From the human T2T-CHM13v2.0 reference genome, Homo sapiens, in assembly GCF_009914755.1 (NCBI RefSeq), contig NC_060939.1: DNA of 64,000 nt. The stretch is one strand, 5' to 3'. The notes beneath the pieces were generated by a model, which was not told the origin of the DNA, did no database searches, and saw nothing but the letters and a program-made list of their open reading frames with translations. The translations under genes were made by a program, and so were the position numbers. Every line of letters begins with the position of its first letter. Within the stretch, counting starts at the first letter, position 1. This document shows, one piece after another, positions 13,566 through 27,195 of this stretch.

Positions 13566-15660
13566 TTAAAGTCTATATCAAAAGCTATTTATTTAATGTA
13601 AAAGTGTATGTTTGGAAAGTAATATTACAAACTGGGTAAGAACGAATACAAATGAAAGAATATGTATCAGTGATATTTGAATGGCTGCCTATGGCAGGGG
13701 AATGGAATTAGGGTATGAAAGAGAGAGAAAGTAAAATGCCATCTATATTTAGAAATAAAGAAAGAGGGGCTTTGCAATCGCAGTCTTTACTGCGATTCAA
13801 GGCACGATTACCTTGAAGTTAGCCTGAAGTTTACATATGTGGTGAAAACTACCTTCTACAAGCTCTAGGTGTGGAAAACTTCATGGGAAATCTTTTCGCA
13901 ATGATTCTAGGACACTATATATTGTGTTTCAAAGCATGCAGTAAATTAGAAGGTTAATCAACTCATTATATTAAGACAGGTTACACACAATAACCCAGTA
14001 TAGTTCCAAAGAAAAAGCAATCAATTTTTTTGATTCTCTGGACAAAAATCCCGAAAAGAATTAAGTCAATCTCAACAATAATTTTAAAAGAAAATTTTCA
14101 ATAACCAAATAGTACTTACTGCAATGAAGGATTTTCTTTCCCATTTTTAAAATCTTACAATATATCACATTGCTTCAAAATAACAAATGAACTAGGCTAT
14201 GCCATCCCATCAATAGCTGCAGAAGTGATATTTAATAAAAACCAACACTTCTTTTCTTTTATTTTTAAAACAAAATTTTAATAAACTAAGAATAAGAGTT
14301 ATTATTATTTTAACATAATAAATAATTTACATGTTCTTCAATGAACTATATGTACATCCTCATGGTACTTCCTGCATAGTGCAAGTACTATTATGATTAA
14401 TGAATGATATGTAAATATCTTAAACTGATAATATCTTCAAAATAATTTATAGTAAAATTAAACAGTGAATAGCTGGGTAGTAATTACAAATGTGGGAATC
14501 TGCTTGTAGAAAATAACATGTGCTGATTTCTGATTATTAAAAAAGCTCATGGCCAAAAAGCTGATTATAAAAAAGTTGATATTTATCTCAATACATTTTA
14601 CTACTAAACTATTAGAAACAGCATATGTGTCCAACAATACAGAAATTGTTCAATAAAATATGGTAACAGACTTTTAAAGGAATATTAATCAGGCATATCA
14701 TCTATTTCAATAATCTTTAATGATATAAGAAAATGCTCACAACACAATATTAAATGACATCCTAATACTAAACCTTGCCTGTGTATGCTTAGTAAATAGA
14801 TGAAATTTAAATAATGCATAACTCTGAGTATTGAAATAACGAGTTAATTTTTGTAGTGTCCAAATTCTTATACCATTTCATAATCATAAAGTGACTATAA
14901 ATTATAGATGAATTTAAAAAATAGAATTGAGATTATAGGAAAATATCTTTCAAAAAAATTTTAAATCTCTTGTAATTTTAAACATAATGTATATTTTACA
15001 AAAATTAAAACACTTAGGATATATGTTACATAACGATTATATCAAAAAAATGAATGTAGCTCAAAACAAGTATATGAGCAGTTATGCTGGTATTTCTTTT
15101 TCCCAGAACCTGCCAAGCCTTGAGCAGTGTCAGACAATCAACAGTCATTAGAAGACGAAAAAGCCTCGATGACTTTTACAGAATTGCTCTTCAATAATGT
15201 AGTTTCTGACTGTTTGACCAGCCTCTTTTTACATTTTCTCCTGAGGCTCTGAAACTTTCTTAATCTTCTTAGTGATGAGAAATCTTTTGCTTTTTTTCTT
15301 GCTCAGAAAAATATCTTTGGAGTAAATGGCTGGCAAATTGAATTTCTCTGCCTTGCAAAGCCTTTTTAATGCAATCAATTGCAATGTAAGTGGAAGCTGC
15401 CATTGCAAGTCTAGTAACACCAGTAATATTCACAGGAAAAGCTACAAAATCAATCTTGGTATGGAAATATTTGTTGTAAAATCAAACTAGTGCTTATTGC
15501 CAAGGCGATTACTATGACTGATCAAATGGGTATCAAGCCTTCCCACAACACATTTAATAGAAGCATGGCTTCTATTAATTATTCTATTAATGCCATTTAA
15601 TAGAATAATGGCTTACCATCTTCATCTGCAAAAAGCCAACACCTCTCTCCAGTTCCATGA

Positions 15661-16061
<401 letters not shown>

Positions 16062-16725
16062 TAGTGTGAATTTTACAGTCACAGACTCTGGTGTGCAAAC
16101 ATAACCATTTACTTCAAATAATTGTACTTACCAAGCCCCCACCTGCCAAGTGCAGACAATTTATGTACCTATGTAATTTCCTCAGGCATTTTGTAACTTC
16201 CACTTGGTTCTGAGTCTGCTGCTTCCCTTCTCTGCCCTGTCTCCTGGGGTGACCTAAGATTTAGGGATGTTGTTGTCCTGGCATTGTGGGAAGGTGAGAC
16301 TCTGGGCCCAAGTTTGCAGTCTTTTCTCATGGGTTGGTGAAATGCTACTGTGGAAAGTGTTGACTTCCCCACTTACTTTCTTGATGACAGAAGATAGCTA
16401 TTTCGGGGCGTGCAAAGTCCCATTAAGTTCAAAGGATGTTGGCCTTTTACTTAATAATGATGTCTCCCTGCCTGTGGGATGTGAAAGTTTATGACCCAGT
16501 CTTTGCCAACGCAATCCCAGGGGACGGTCTTTAGGAATCTTCTGCAAAACATTTGGTTCCTACTGATTATGACCCCTTATTTACTCTGCACAATATCTTT
16601 GCCATTATCAAACCCTGAGGTATAATGTCTAATCCATAACATCTTGCCTCACCCAGGTAGCTCCCTCCTGCCCCAGCTCACACTGGCTATTTTTCTTGCT
16701 TGCTGCACAGCAGCTGTGATCTGAG

Positions 16726-17254
16726 TGTCAGAGGCTTTCGAACCAGAGCGACTCCATTTTGAGTGACGGCCGGGGAAATAAGGCTGGGACTTGCTGGCCT
16801 TCATTCTCAGAAAGTTAGGTATCCTGAGCCTCTAGATATTTAAGATGAAGGGGACAAATTAATAATGTTTACTAAACAGACCCAGACTTGGGAGTGTCTA
16901 GATATCACGACATCTGGAGAACAAAGGCATTCCTAATATTGCATTAAAGCTAATAATATTGATTCTTGCAAAATATAGTAAGGATTAAAAAATTAATCCT
17001 TTATCACAAATCCTTGTAGCAGAGCACATCTCCCCATATATACAAGCATTGTACCTAGGGTGGATGCGTTCCTCCTCTTATTTTCAGGAATGTCCCACGT
17101 CCCACTCTGTCTATGGAGTAGCTGTTCTTTCTCCACTTTACTCTCTTAATAAACTTGCTTTTACTTTGCACTAAGGGCTCTCCCTGAATTCTTTCTTGCA
17201 GGAGATCCAAGAACCCTCTCTTGGGGTCTCGATCAGGGCCCCTTTCCTGTAACA
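16726..17254 (+). mobile_element. MER41-family (ERV1) solo LTR
   Basis: Starts tgtcagaggc..gaaccagagcgactccattttg and ends cccctttcctgtaaca. Contains aataaa. Confidence 0.85.
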
Positions 17255-17540
17255 CCAGGACTTCCAATAGTTGCATTCATTTGTTGGATACAGTTTCCTG
17301 AATCTCAGGTGTTTTTTTTTTTTTTTTAATGTTGATTTCCTCACCAACTGTACAGAAGCACATGCTGGAGTAAATTCCTCAACATGGTACACAGAAGGTA
17401 CATCCCATAGGATGGCTCAGATTACCAGTAGCAAAATTTTTTGAAGGAAAAAAATGGGAATTTAATAATTATTTACCTGAAGAGTCTGTAAGTGGGGTAG
17501 GTGGGAGACACATTTGGATCCAGACTCTGAGCTGTCCCAC

Positions 17541-18081
17541 TGTTACAGGAAAGGGGTCCCGATCCAGACCCCCAGAGAGGGTTCTTCCATCTCGCACAAG
17601 AAAGAATTCAGGGCGAGTCCACAGTGCAAAGCAAAAGCAAGTTTATTAAGAAAGTAAAGTGTTGAAAGTGCAGCTACTCCATAGACAGAGTCGGGCATTT
17701 CTGAAAGTAAGAGGAGGAAACGTGTCCACCCTAGGTACAATGCTCGTGTGTGTATGTATATAGGATAAAAAAAGATCATGAGGAGATGTGCTCTGGTACA
17801 AAGGTTTGTGATAAAGAATTAATTTTCTTAATTACTATATTTTGAAATAATATTATTATCTTGAAAGAAAAATTAGGAATGCGTTTGTTCTCCAGATATC
17901 AGGATATCTGGGCATTCCCAAGTCTGGGTCTGTTTAGTAAACATTATCAGTCTGTTCCCTTAACCATAAACATCTAGAGGCTAGGAATACCTAACTTTCT
18001 GGGAATGCAGCCCAGTAAGTCCCGCCTCATTTTCCCAGCCCTTGCTCAAATGGATTCGCTCTGGTTCCAACGTCTCTAACG
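17541..18081 (-). mobile_element. MER41-family (ERV1) solo LTR, inverted relative to the neighbouring copy
   Basis: Reverse complement of the same LTR (tgttacaggaaaggggtcccgatccagacccc ... ctggttccaacgtctctaac). Confidence 0.85.
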
Positions 18082-18496
18082 TCTCTGGGATCCTCTCTAC
18101 TCCATCCTTCTTTCTTCAAGCATTCTGATATTTCAGTTAGGCTGACTGTCCACATAAGAGAAAACTGAATGAATGAAGCCCTTCAGGCCGAACATACACG
18201 TCGGGCCATCCTGAAAAGGACTGACAAAGTTTCTTCTCAGCATTCTAAGGGTCCTCACACCTGAGACAATCAATGCAGCCTTTTCCTTCAACATGACTAC
18301 AACATTTATTTGTAATAGAGTTAGATTCATTGGTCACAGTTTGCTTCGACCTTGGCTTCTATCAATACCCTCGTTGATTTTAAAAATTGGAATAAAATAT
18401 GCACTTAACTCTTTGTGGTGTATAGTTCCATGGGTTTTTGCAGATGCCTAGGGTTATACATCCATCAGCAAAGTACCATACAGAATAGACAATTCA

Positions 18497-18497
<1 letters not shown>

Positions 18498-18529
<32 letters not shown>
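18498..18529. repeat. (CA)n microsatellite
   Basis: About 16 CA units. Confidence 0.95.
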
Positions 18530-18531
<2 letters not shown>

Positions 18532-18870
18532 TATCCCTGCATGGCCTTTTTTGGCTGTCATCAATCCTTCATCTTCAGCTGCGAGCAACCACCGATCAGT
18601 TCTCTGATATAGTACTACCTGTTCCAAAACACTGTAACAGTTGAATCAAACAACATACAGTCATTTGGGTTTGGTTTCTTTCACTAAGCAAAATTCACTC
18701 CAGATCCATCCATGTTGCATGAATGAATAAATGTTTCTTTCTTACGACTAAATAGTGCTCCACGTTATGGATGCACTAGAGACTGTTTATCCATTCATTT
18801 GCTGAAGGCTGTCTGGGTTGTTTCAGTCTTTGCAAAGCATGAAAAAAGGTGCTACATATTTCATGTTCAG

Positions 18871-20978
18871 CAGTGGTCCCCAACCACCAGCCATGCACCA
18901 GGCCATGGTTACAAACTGGGCCAAACAGCCGATGAGTGTTCCCCAAGCCAGGGAGTGAAGCTTTATCTGTATTTACAGCCGTCCCCTATCACTCACATTA
19001 CCACCAGCGCTCTGCCTCCTGTAGATCAGTGGGGGCATTAAATTCTTGTGGTGGCATGAACCCTGTTGTCAGCTGCATACACAAGGGATCTACTTTGTAT
19101 GCTCCTTATGAGACTCTAATGCCTGATGATCTGTCACTGTCTCCCATCGCCCCCAGATAGGACTGTCTAGTTGCAGTGTGTCCGGAATTGGTGAGTTCTT
19201 GGTCTCACTGACTTAAAGAATGAAGCCGAGGACTCTTGCAGTGACTGGTACAGCTCTTAAGGTGGCGCGTCTGGAGTTTGTTCCTTCTGATGTCTGGATG
19301 TGTTCGGAGTTTGTTCCTTCTGGTGGGTTCCTGGTCTCGCTGGCTCAGGAGTGAAGCTGCACACCTTGGCGGTGAGTGTTACAGCTCTTAAGGCGGTGCT
19401 TCTGGAGTTGTTCGTTCCTCCTGGTGGGCTTGTGGTCTCGCTGGCTTCGGGAGTGAAGCTGCAGGCCTTCGCGGTGAATGTTACAGCTCATAAAAGCAGT
19501 GTGGACCCAAAGAGTGAGCAGTAGCAAGATTTATTGCAAAGAGCGATAGAACAAAGCTTCCACACTGTGCAAGGAGACCACAGCAGGTTGCCACCGCTGG
19601 CTCCCGCAGCCTGCTTTTATTCTCTTATCTGGCCCCACCCACATCCTGCTGATTGGTAGAGCCGACTGGTCTGTTTTGACAGGGCGCTGATTGGTGCGTT
19701 TACAATCCCTGAGCTAGACATAAAGGTTCTCCAAGTCCCCACTAGATTAACTAGATACAGAGTGTGGACACAAAGGTTCTCCAAGGCCCCACCAGAGTAG
19801 CTAGATACAGAGTGTCGATTGGTGCATTCACAAACCCTGAACTAGACACAGGGTGCTGATTGGTGTGTTTACAAACCCTGAGCTAGACACAGAGTGCCGA
19901 TTGGCGTATTTACAATCCCTGAGCTAGACACAAAGGTTCTCCAAGGACCCACCAGAGAAGCTAGATACAGAGTGTCAATTGGTGCATTCACAAGCCCTGA
20001 ACTAGACACAGGGTACTGATTGGTGTGTTTACAAACCTTGAGCTAGATACAGAGTGCCGATTGGTGTATTTACAATCCCTGAGCTAGACATAAAGGTTCT
20101 CCACGTCCCCACCAGACTCAGGAGCCCAGCTGGCTTCACCCAGTGGATCCCGCACCAGGGCTGCAGATGGAGCGGCCTGCCAGTCCCGCTCCGTGCACCT
20201 GCACTCCCCAGCCCTTGGGTGGTCGATGGGACTGCGCGCCGTGGAGCAGGGGGCGGCGCTCATCCGGGAGGCTCCGGCGGCACAGGAGCCCCTAGAGGGG
20301 GTGGGAGGCTCGGGCATGGCGGGCTGCAGGTCCCGAGCCCTGCCCCGCGGGAAGGCAGCTAAGGCCCGGTGAGAAATCGAGCGCAGCGCCGGTGGGCTGG
20401 CACTGCTGGGGGACCCAGTACACCCTCCGCAGCGGCTGGCCTGGGTGCTAAGCCCCTCATTGCCCGGGGCCGGCAGGGCCGGCTGGCTGCTCCGAGGGTG
20501 GGGCCCGCCAAGTCCACGCCCACCCGGAACTCCAGCTGGCCCGCAAGCGCCGCGCGCAGCCCCGGTTCCCGCTTGCCCCTCTCCCTCCACACCTCCCTGC
20601 AAGCTGAGGGAGCCGGCTCTGGCCTTGGCCAGCCCGGAAAGGGGCTCCCACAGTGCAGCGGTGGGCTGAAGGGCTCCTCGAGTGCCGCCAAAGTGGGAGC
20701 CCAGGCAGAGGAGGCGCCGAGAGCGAGCGACGGCTATGAGGACTGCCAACCCGCTGTCACCTCTCAGCAGGAAAACAAGCTTGGGGCTCCCATTGATTCT
20801 ACGTTATGGTGAGCTGTATAATTATTCCATTACTACAAGGTAATAATAATATAAATAAAGTGCACAATAACTGTAATGTGCTTGAATCCTCCTGAAACCA
20901 TCCTCCCCACCGCATCCTGCCCTAATCGGTGGAAAAATTGTCTTCAATGAAACCAGTCCCTGGTGCCAAAAAGGTTGT
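18871..20978 (+). mobile_element. MER1A (hAT-Charlie) DNA transposon split by LTR12C
   Basis: cagtggtccccaacc start, gctccttatgagactctaatgcctgatgatctg core, resumes after the LTR (gcaggaaaacaagc...) and ends ccctggtgccaaaaaggttg. Confidence 0.85.
19177..20766 (-). mobile_element. LTR12C (ERV9) solo LTR, full length (~1.6 kb)
   Basis: The minus strand begins TGAGAGGTGACAGC and ends CCAATTCCGGACACA. 4-bp TSD GCAG (19173-19176, 20767-20770). GC/CpG-rich U3 and tandem enhancer repeats with ATTGG (CCAAT). Confidence 0.95.
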
Positions 20979-23269
20979 GTGAATGTAAATTTTCATTCCA
21001 TTTGTATAAATACTTGGAAGTGGCTTTCCTGGGTTAGGTGGTAAATGTGTGTTTAATTTTAAAAGACTCTGCCAAATGGACTTTCAAAGTTGCATTAGAT
21101 TAGACTCTAATGCAGCTGCTGATCTGACAGGAGGTGGAGCTCAGGTAGTAATGTGAGCAAAGCGAGGCAGATAAGTACAAAGTTCTCTTGCTGACCGCTC
21201 ACCTCCTGCTGTGTGGCCCGGTTTGGATGCGAACAGTAATGTGTGAGAGATCCAGTTTCTCTGCATCCTCACCAGGACTTGATGGTTTCAGTTCTTGTTT
21301 TTGTTCTGTTTGTTTTGTTTTGTTTTGTTTTTAAGTTTTAGCCAGTCCAGTAGATGCGTAATTGTATCGCATTGTAGGTTACTATGCATTTCTCCAATAA
21401 CTAGTGATGTTGAACATCTTTTATATGCTTACCTGCCATTCATGTATCCTCTTAGGTAAAATGTCTGTTCAGATCATTTGCCCATTTAAAAAAGTGTGTT
21501 GTTTTCTTATTTTTCAGTTTTGAGAGCTTCTTGTATATTCTGGGTAGAATCTGTATCTGATAAATTCGGTTATCAGATATGTGGCTTAAAAATATTTTCT
21601 TCCAGCTTGTGGCGTGTCTTTTCGTTTTAACAGTGTATTTCAAAGGGCAAAAATTGCTGAAGGCCAATTTATCATTTTTTCCTTTTATGAATCGTGCTTT
21701 TAACATCATATCTACAATTAACTTCTTCCAAAACCAGACTTTCACTGATGTTTATTATTCCTTCTGCTAGAAGTTTTACCACCTTTTATTTTATATTTAG
21801 ATCCATGATCACTTTTAATTACATCAATTTATGTAAGGTGTTTTTTTAAAATATGAATATTCTATTGTTCCAGCACCGTTTGTAGAAAATTCCATTATTT
21901 CTCAATTGAATTGTTTTTGCACTTTTCTCGTAAGTCAGTTGACCTGACTTGTGTTGGTGTATTTCTAGACTGTCTACTCTGTTTCATCGATCTATGTCTC
22001 TAAATTTTCATCAATTCCACTCTCTCTTGATTATCGTGATTTTGTTATGAATCTTGAAATCAGGTAGTGCGAATCCTCCAAATTTGTTACTTTTAATGTT
22101 TGTATTAGCTATTCTATTTTCTTTGGCATTCCTTATATTTAAGCATCAGCTTAATATCACTAGAATATCACTAGAAATATCACTAGAAACCTTGCTCAGA
22201 TTTCAACTGAAATTACATTGCATCTATTGATCAAATTGGGGAAACCTGACATTTTAACATATTGAATCTTCTAAGCCACAAACATGATATATCTCCCTTT
22301 ATTTAGGTATTCTTTGATTTCTTCCATTACCTCTTTATACGCGTACAGACTTTGCATGTATTTTGTTAAATATATACCTAAGAATTTAAAAATATAAATT
22401 ATATTTTTAAAATGAAAAAATCCATTTGTCAATAGCTAACCTGTAGACATTATATGGACTTTTGTATATTGACCGTGTTTCATAAGATCTGATTGAACTC
22501 ACTTTTTCTTGAAGTTTTTCTGTAGATCCTTTTGAATTTTCTAGACAATTATGTCACATGAGTACAGACAGGATTTACCTTTTCATTTACAATATGTAGG
22601 TCTATTCTTGACTTACTGCACTGGGTACAGCTTCCAGGAAAATGTCAATTAGCAGTATAAGGAAGGGGCCTCCTAAGGTGGTCTGCTAAGGGTGGAAACA
22701 TTCATTCTTTCACCATTTAGATTGATGATACCTGTAGATTTTTTGTAGATGCCCTGGAACGGGTTAAGGAGGTCCCTTTCTAGTAGTTTACTAAGAGTTT
22801 TGTATTTGTTTCTTTTATTCATATAAAATTCCCATAACAGAAAATTCATCATTTTAACTATTTTAAAGTTTATGACTCAGTGATTTTTAGTATTTTCACA
22901 ATGTTGTACAACCACAGCTACTAATTCCAGAATATTTCCACACTCCAGAAGAAACCGGTATTTCCAAATTCCCCTCTCCCACTCCCTAGCAACCACTAAT
23001 CTACTTCCTGTCACTATAGATTTGCGTATTTTGAACATTTCATATAAATGAAATCATAAAGTAGTGTTTGTGTGTGTGTGTGTTTGTCTTCTTTTACTTA
23101 GTGCAATGTTTTCGAGATCCATCCTTACTCTACTATGTAGCAGTACTTCATTACTTTTTGTGGCTGAAACAAATTATATGGATGGACTACATTTTGTTTA
23201 TCCTTTCCTCAGTTGTGGAGCATTTGGGTTGTTTTCACCTTTTGCCTGTTATGAATAATCCTACTATGA

Positions 23270-23666
<397 letters not shown>

Positions 23667-25747
23667 ACTTGTCACTTTCTTGATAGTGTCCATTGATACA
23701 CAAAAGCTTTTGATTTTGATGAAACTCAATTTAGCTATTTTTTTCCTTTGATTACTTGTGCTTTTGGTGTCATATTTAAGAAACTGTTGCCTAATCCAAA
23801 GTCACAAATATTTACACCTACATTTCTTTGAAGGAATTTTATAGTTTTATCACCTATATTTATACATGCTATATTTTGAATTAAATGTTGCATATGGTGT
23901 GACATGGATATCCATCCTTTTGCATGTGGATATCTGTTTTTCTAGTGCCATTTATTGAAAAGATTATTCTTTCCTCACAGAATGCTCTTGGCACCCTTGC
24001 CAAAAATCAATTGACCAGAGATACATGGATTGATTCTGGACTCTCAATCTGGTTCCATTGATCTATATGCCTATCTTTATGCCAATATCACACAATTCTG
24101 ATTATTGTAGCTCTGTAGTAAGTTTTGAAACCAGGACATTTGAGTCCTCAATCTTTGTTCCTCTTCTTCAAGGTTATTTTGACTACTTGAGGTCCCTTGC
24201 ATTTCCATATGAATTTTAGGATGGATGCATAAATGTCTGCAAAATGAGGCAGTTGGAATTTTTATAGGGATTGCACTGAATCTGTAGTGAATATGGGGAG
24301 AAATCCATCTTAATGGTATTAAAATTTCCAATCCATGAACATGGAATATCTTCTCATTTATTTAGGTCCTCTTTAATTTCTTTCAACTATGTTCTGTAGT
24401 TTTCAGTGTGTTAAGACTTACACTTTCTTGACTTAATATACCGCTAAGTATTTTATCCCATTCAATGCTATTGTGAATGAAATTGTTTTTAAAATATCCT
24501 TTTCAGATTGTTCATTGCTAATGTATAGAGATACATGTGATTTTTCATATTGATTTGTATCCTGAAACTTTGCTAAACTAGTTTATTAGTTGTAATAGGT
24601 TTTTGAGTATGTATTTGTGGATTCTTTAGAATTTTCTATATATAAGATATGCCATCTGTGAATAGAGACAGTTTTATTTCCTTTTCAATCTAGGTGCTTT
24701 TTATTTCTTTTTTCTTGTTTAATTGCCTTGGCTAGAAATTCCAGTACATTGTCAAATAGAAGCAGTGAAAAGGGATACGCTTATCTTCTTCCCGATCTTA
24801 GCAGATGTTAGCTGTGGGTTTTTCACACATGCCCTTGATCAAGTTGAGGAAGTTCCCTTCCACTATTAGCTTGTTGAGTGTTTTATTTTTAGTCATGTAA
24901 AAGTGTTAAATCTTTCCAAATGCTTTTCTGCATCTATTGAAATAATCATATGGTTTATTTTCTATTTATTAATATGGTTTTTTACATCCATTAATTTTTG
25001 CTAAGAGTTTTTATCATGAATCGCTTTTGAATTTTGCCTGTTTTTTTCGCACCTATTGAGATAATTATTTGACTTCCTTCTTAGTCTGTTGTACAGTAAA
25101 CTACATTGATTGATATTTAAATATCGAACTAGGCTTCCATCATTGAGATAAGAACATGATTGTGATGTAAGTTTTTTATATGTTTCTGAATTTGATTTGC
25201 TATTATTTTGTCAAGGATTATTTGTATTAGTGGTTTTTTGGGATATTGAACTGTAGTTTTCTTTTGATATAATTATCTGATATTGTTATTAGGGCAATTC
25301 TGGCTGAAAATGTGACTGTGAAGTGTTCTCTTTTCTATTTACTGGAGAAAGTATAATAAAGTTAGTATTATTTCTTCCTTAAACGTTTATAGGATCTGTC
25401 AATGAAAACATTTGGGCTTGGAATTTTTTTATTGAAGGTTTTGAGCTATCAATTCAACTTATCTAATTGACATAGAACTATTCATTTACATACTTCCCTT
25501 TGAGCAAGTTTTGATAGCCTGTATCATTCAAATCATTTTTAGGTTTCATCTAATTTTGTGAATTGATGGGCATAGAGTTGTTGCTATCATTTCTTTGTTA
25601 TCTTTTTAATGTCTGCAGAGAAGTTGTAATATCCACATGCTTGCTATTGTTGACTATAGTGTTCTATATACACTGATTCAGTCAAGTTGTTGGATAGTAT
25701 TGTTGAGGTTAGCTAGATCCTTACCAGTTTTCAGCCTACTGTTCTAT

Positions 25748-26228
25748 TATTTCTGAAACACCAGAGGTTCCATCTAGGTCCTGCTGCCCACCGCACAGAA
25801 AGCCAATCACTGAGACAACAAGGATTGCCAAGGAAGAAGGCTTTAATTGGGTGCTGCAGCCGAGGAGATGTAAGCTCAGTCTCAAATCCATCTCCCTGAC
25901 CAAATAAAACTAGGGGTTTGTATAGCAGTGAAGAAATGTAACCATGTGTAAGAAAAAACCTAGGGAGTGGCAAAGACGCAATCATGGTAAATGAGGGTCC
26001 TGGCATCTGATGTGGTGATCTGGTGTGTTTCTGTTCTTTTATACTTTTTTGAGAAGACTGATATGGTGAGTTTCAGTTCTTTGATACTTTTTTTAAGAGG
26101 CCAGAAGGTTCTTTCCTGGGGAAGGAACGCAGATAAAGCAAATATAAGTTTCAAGCTTTAAGACCAAAAGGATACATTTCTATGTGTATTCAAAATGGAC
26201 AGTCTGTGGGACTATTGGGTTGGTTTCA
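25748..26228 (-). mobile_element. ERV1 MER4-group LTR (MER31-like)
   Basis: gaaacaccagaggttccatctaggtcctgctgcccaccgcacagaaagccaatcactgagacaac...; interrupts an L1. Subfamily name recalled and uncertain. Confidence 0.65.
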
Positions 26229-27114
26229 CTGTCAGTTACTGAAAGAGGAATGTTGAAGTCTCAAGTATAATTATGTATGTGTACATTTCCTCTTTAATCC
26301 CATCAGTTTTTGCTCCATGTATTTTGTAGCTCTACTGCTAGGTACATAAACATTTTGGATTGTGTGTCTTCCTGGAGACATATTCCCCCTTTATGTATGT
26401 CCCTCTTACTAGTATTTTTTTCTATCTCTTCCAACTCATTTTTGTTTTTCCCTCTTGTTTTACCTTTTCTTGGGTTACTTGAGCATTTTGTTACTCATTT
26501 AATCTTCTCTATTGACTTTTTTATCTTTTCCATTTTTATAGCTTACCACAGAGTTTTCCATATACATTTTAATTATTCATATGTTCTCTTCATATATCAT
26601 ACCACTTTATAAACAGTGAAAAAATGTACAGTATTTTCCCAATTTATTTCTCATATCCTTTGTGTTATTGTAAATTTTACTTTTTCATAGGCTGTAATCA
26701 TACAATATGCATTTTTCCTTCTTTTGATTTAGGCAGTCAGTAATCTTTTAGAACAATTTGAATAGGAAAAGAATGTAATAAATAATTTTATTTTTACCTT
26801 CACTGATTACATTTTAGTGTTCTTTATTCCTTTGTGTATATTAACTTCTATCTGGTATCATCTTTCTCTTCCTGAAGACCTTCCTTAAATTTTCTTCAGG
26901 AGAACTGCTGGTAATAAATTCTTACAATTTTTTTTGTCCAACAAATTCTTTATACCCACTTCATTTTTAATGATACTTTCACTGAATACATAATAGGGGG
27001 TTTTGCTTCCTTTCCTTCTTCTAGCACTTTAACAGTGTCACTCTGTTGTCTATTAGCTGCATGGATTCTGAAGTCAGCCGTAATGCTTATCTTTGTTCCT
27101 TTGAATATATCATA

Positions 27115-27195
27115 TTATACTAGTATAAAAGTCATTGCGGTTTTTGCCATTTGAAAATAATGGCAAAAACAGCAATGACTTTTGCACCAGCCTAA
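27115..27195. mobile_element. MADE1 (Hsmar1 mariner MITE)
   Basis: About 80-bp palindrome aaaagtcattgcggtttttgccatt..aatggcaaaaacagcaatgacttttgcaccagcctaa, flanked by TA. Confidence 0.92.

Noticed and set aside
20054-20812. ORFs of 100-220 aa and an apparent orphan CpG island
   Set aside because: Entirely within the GC-rich U3 region of LTR12C.
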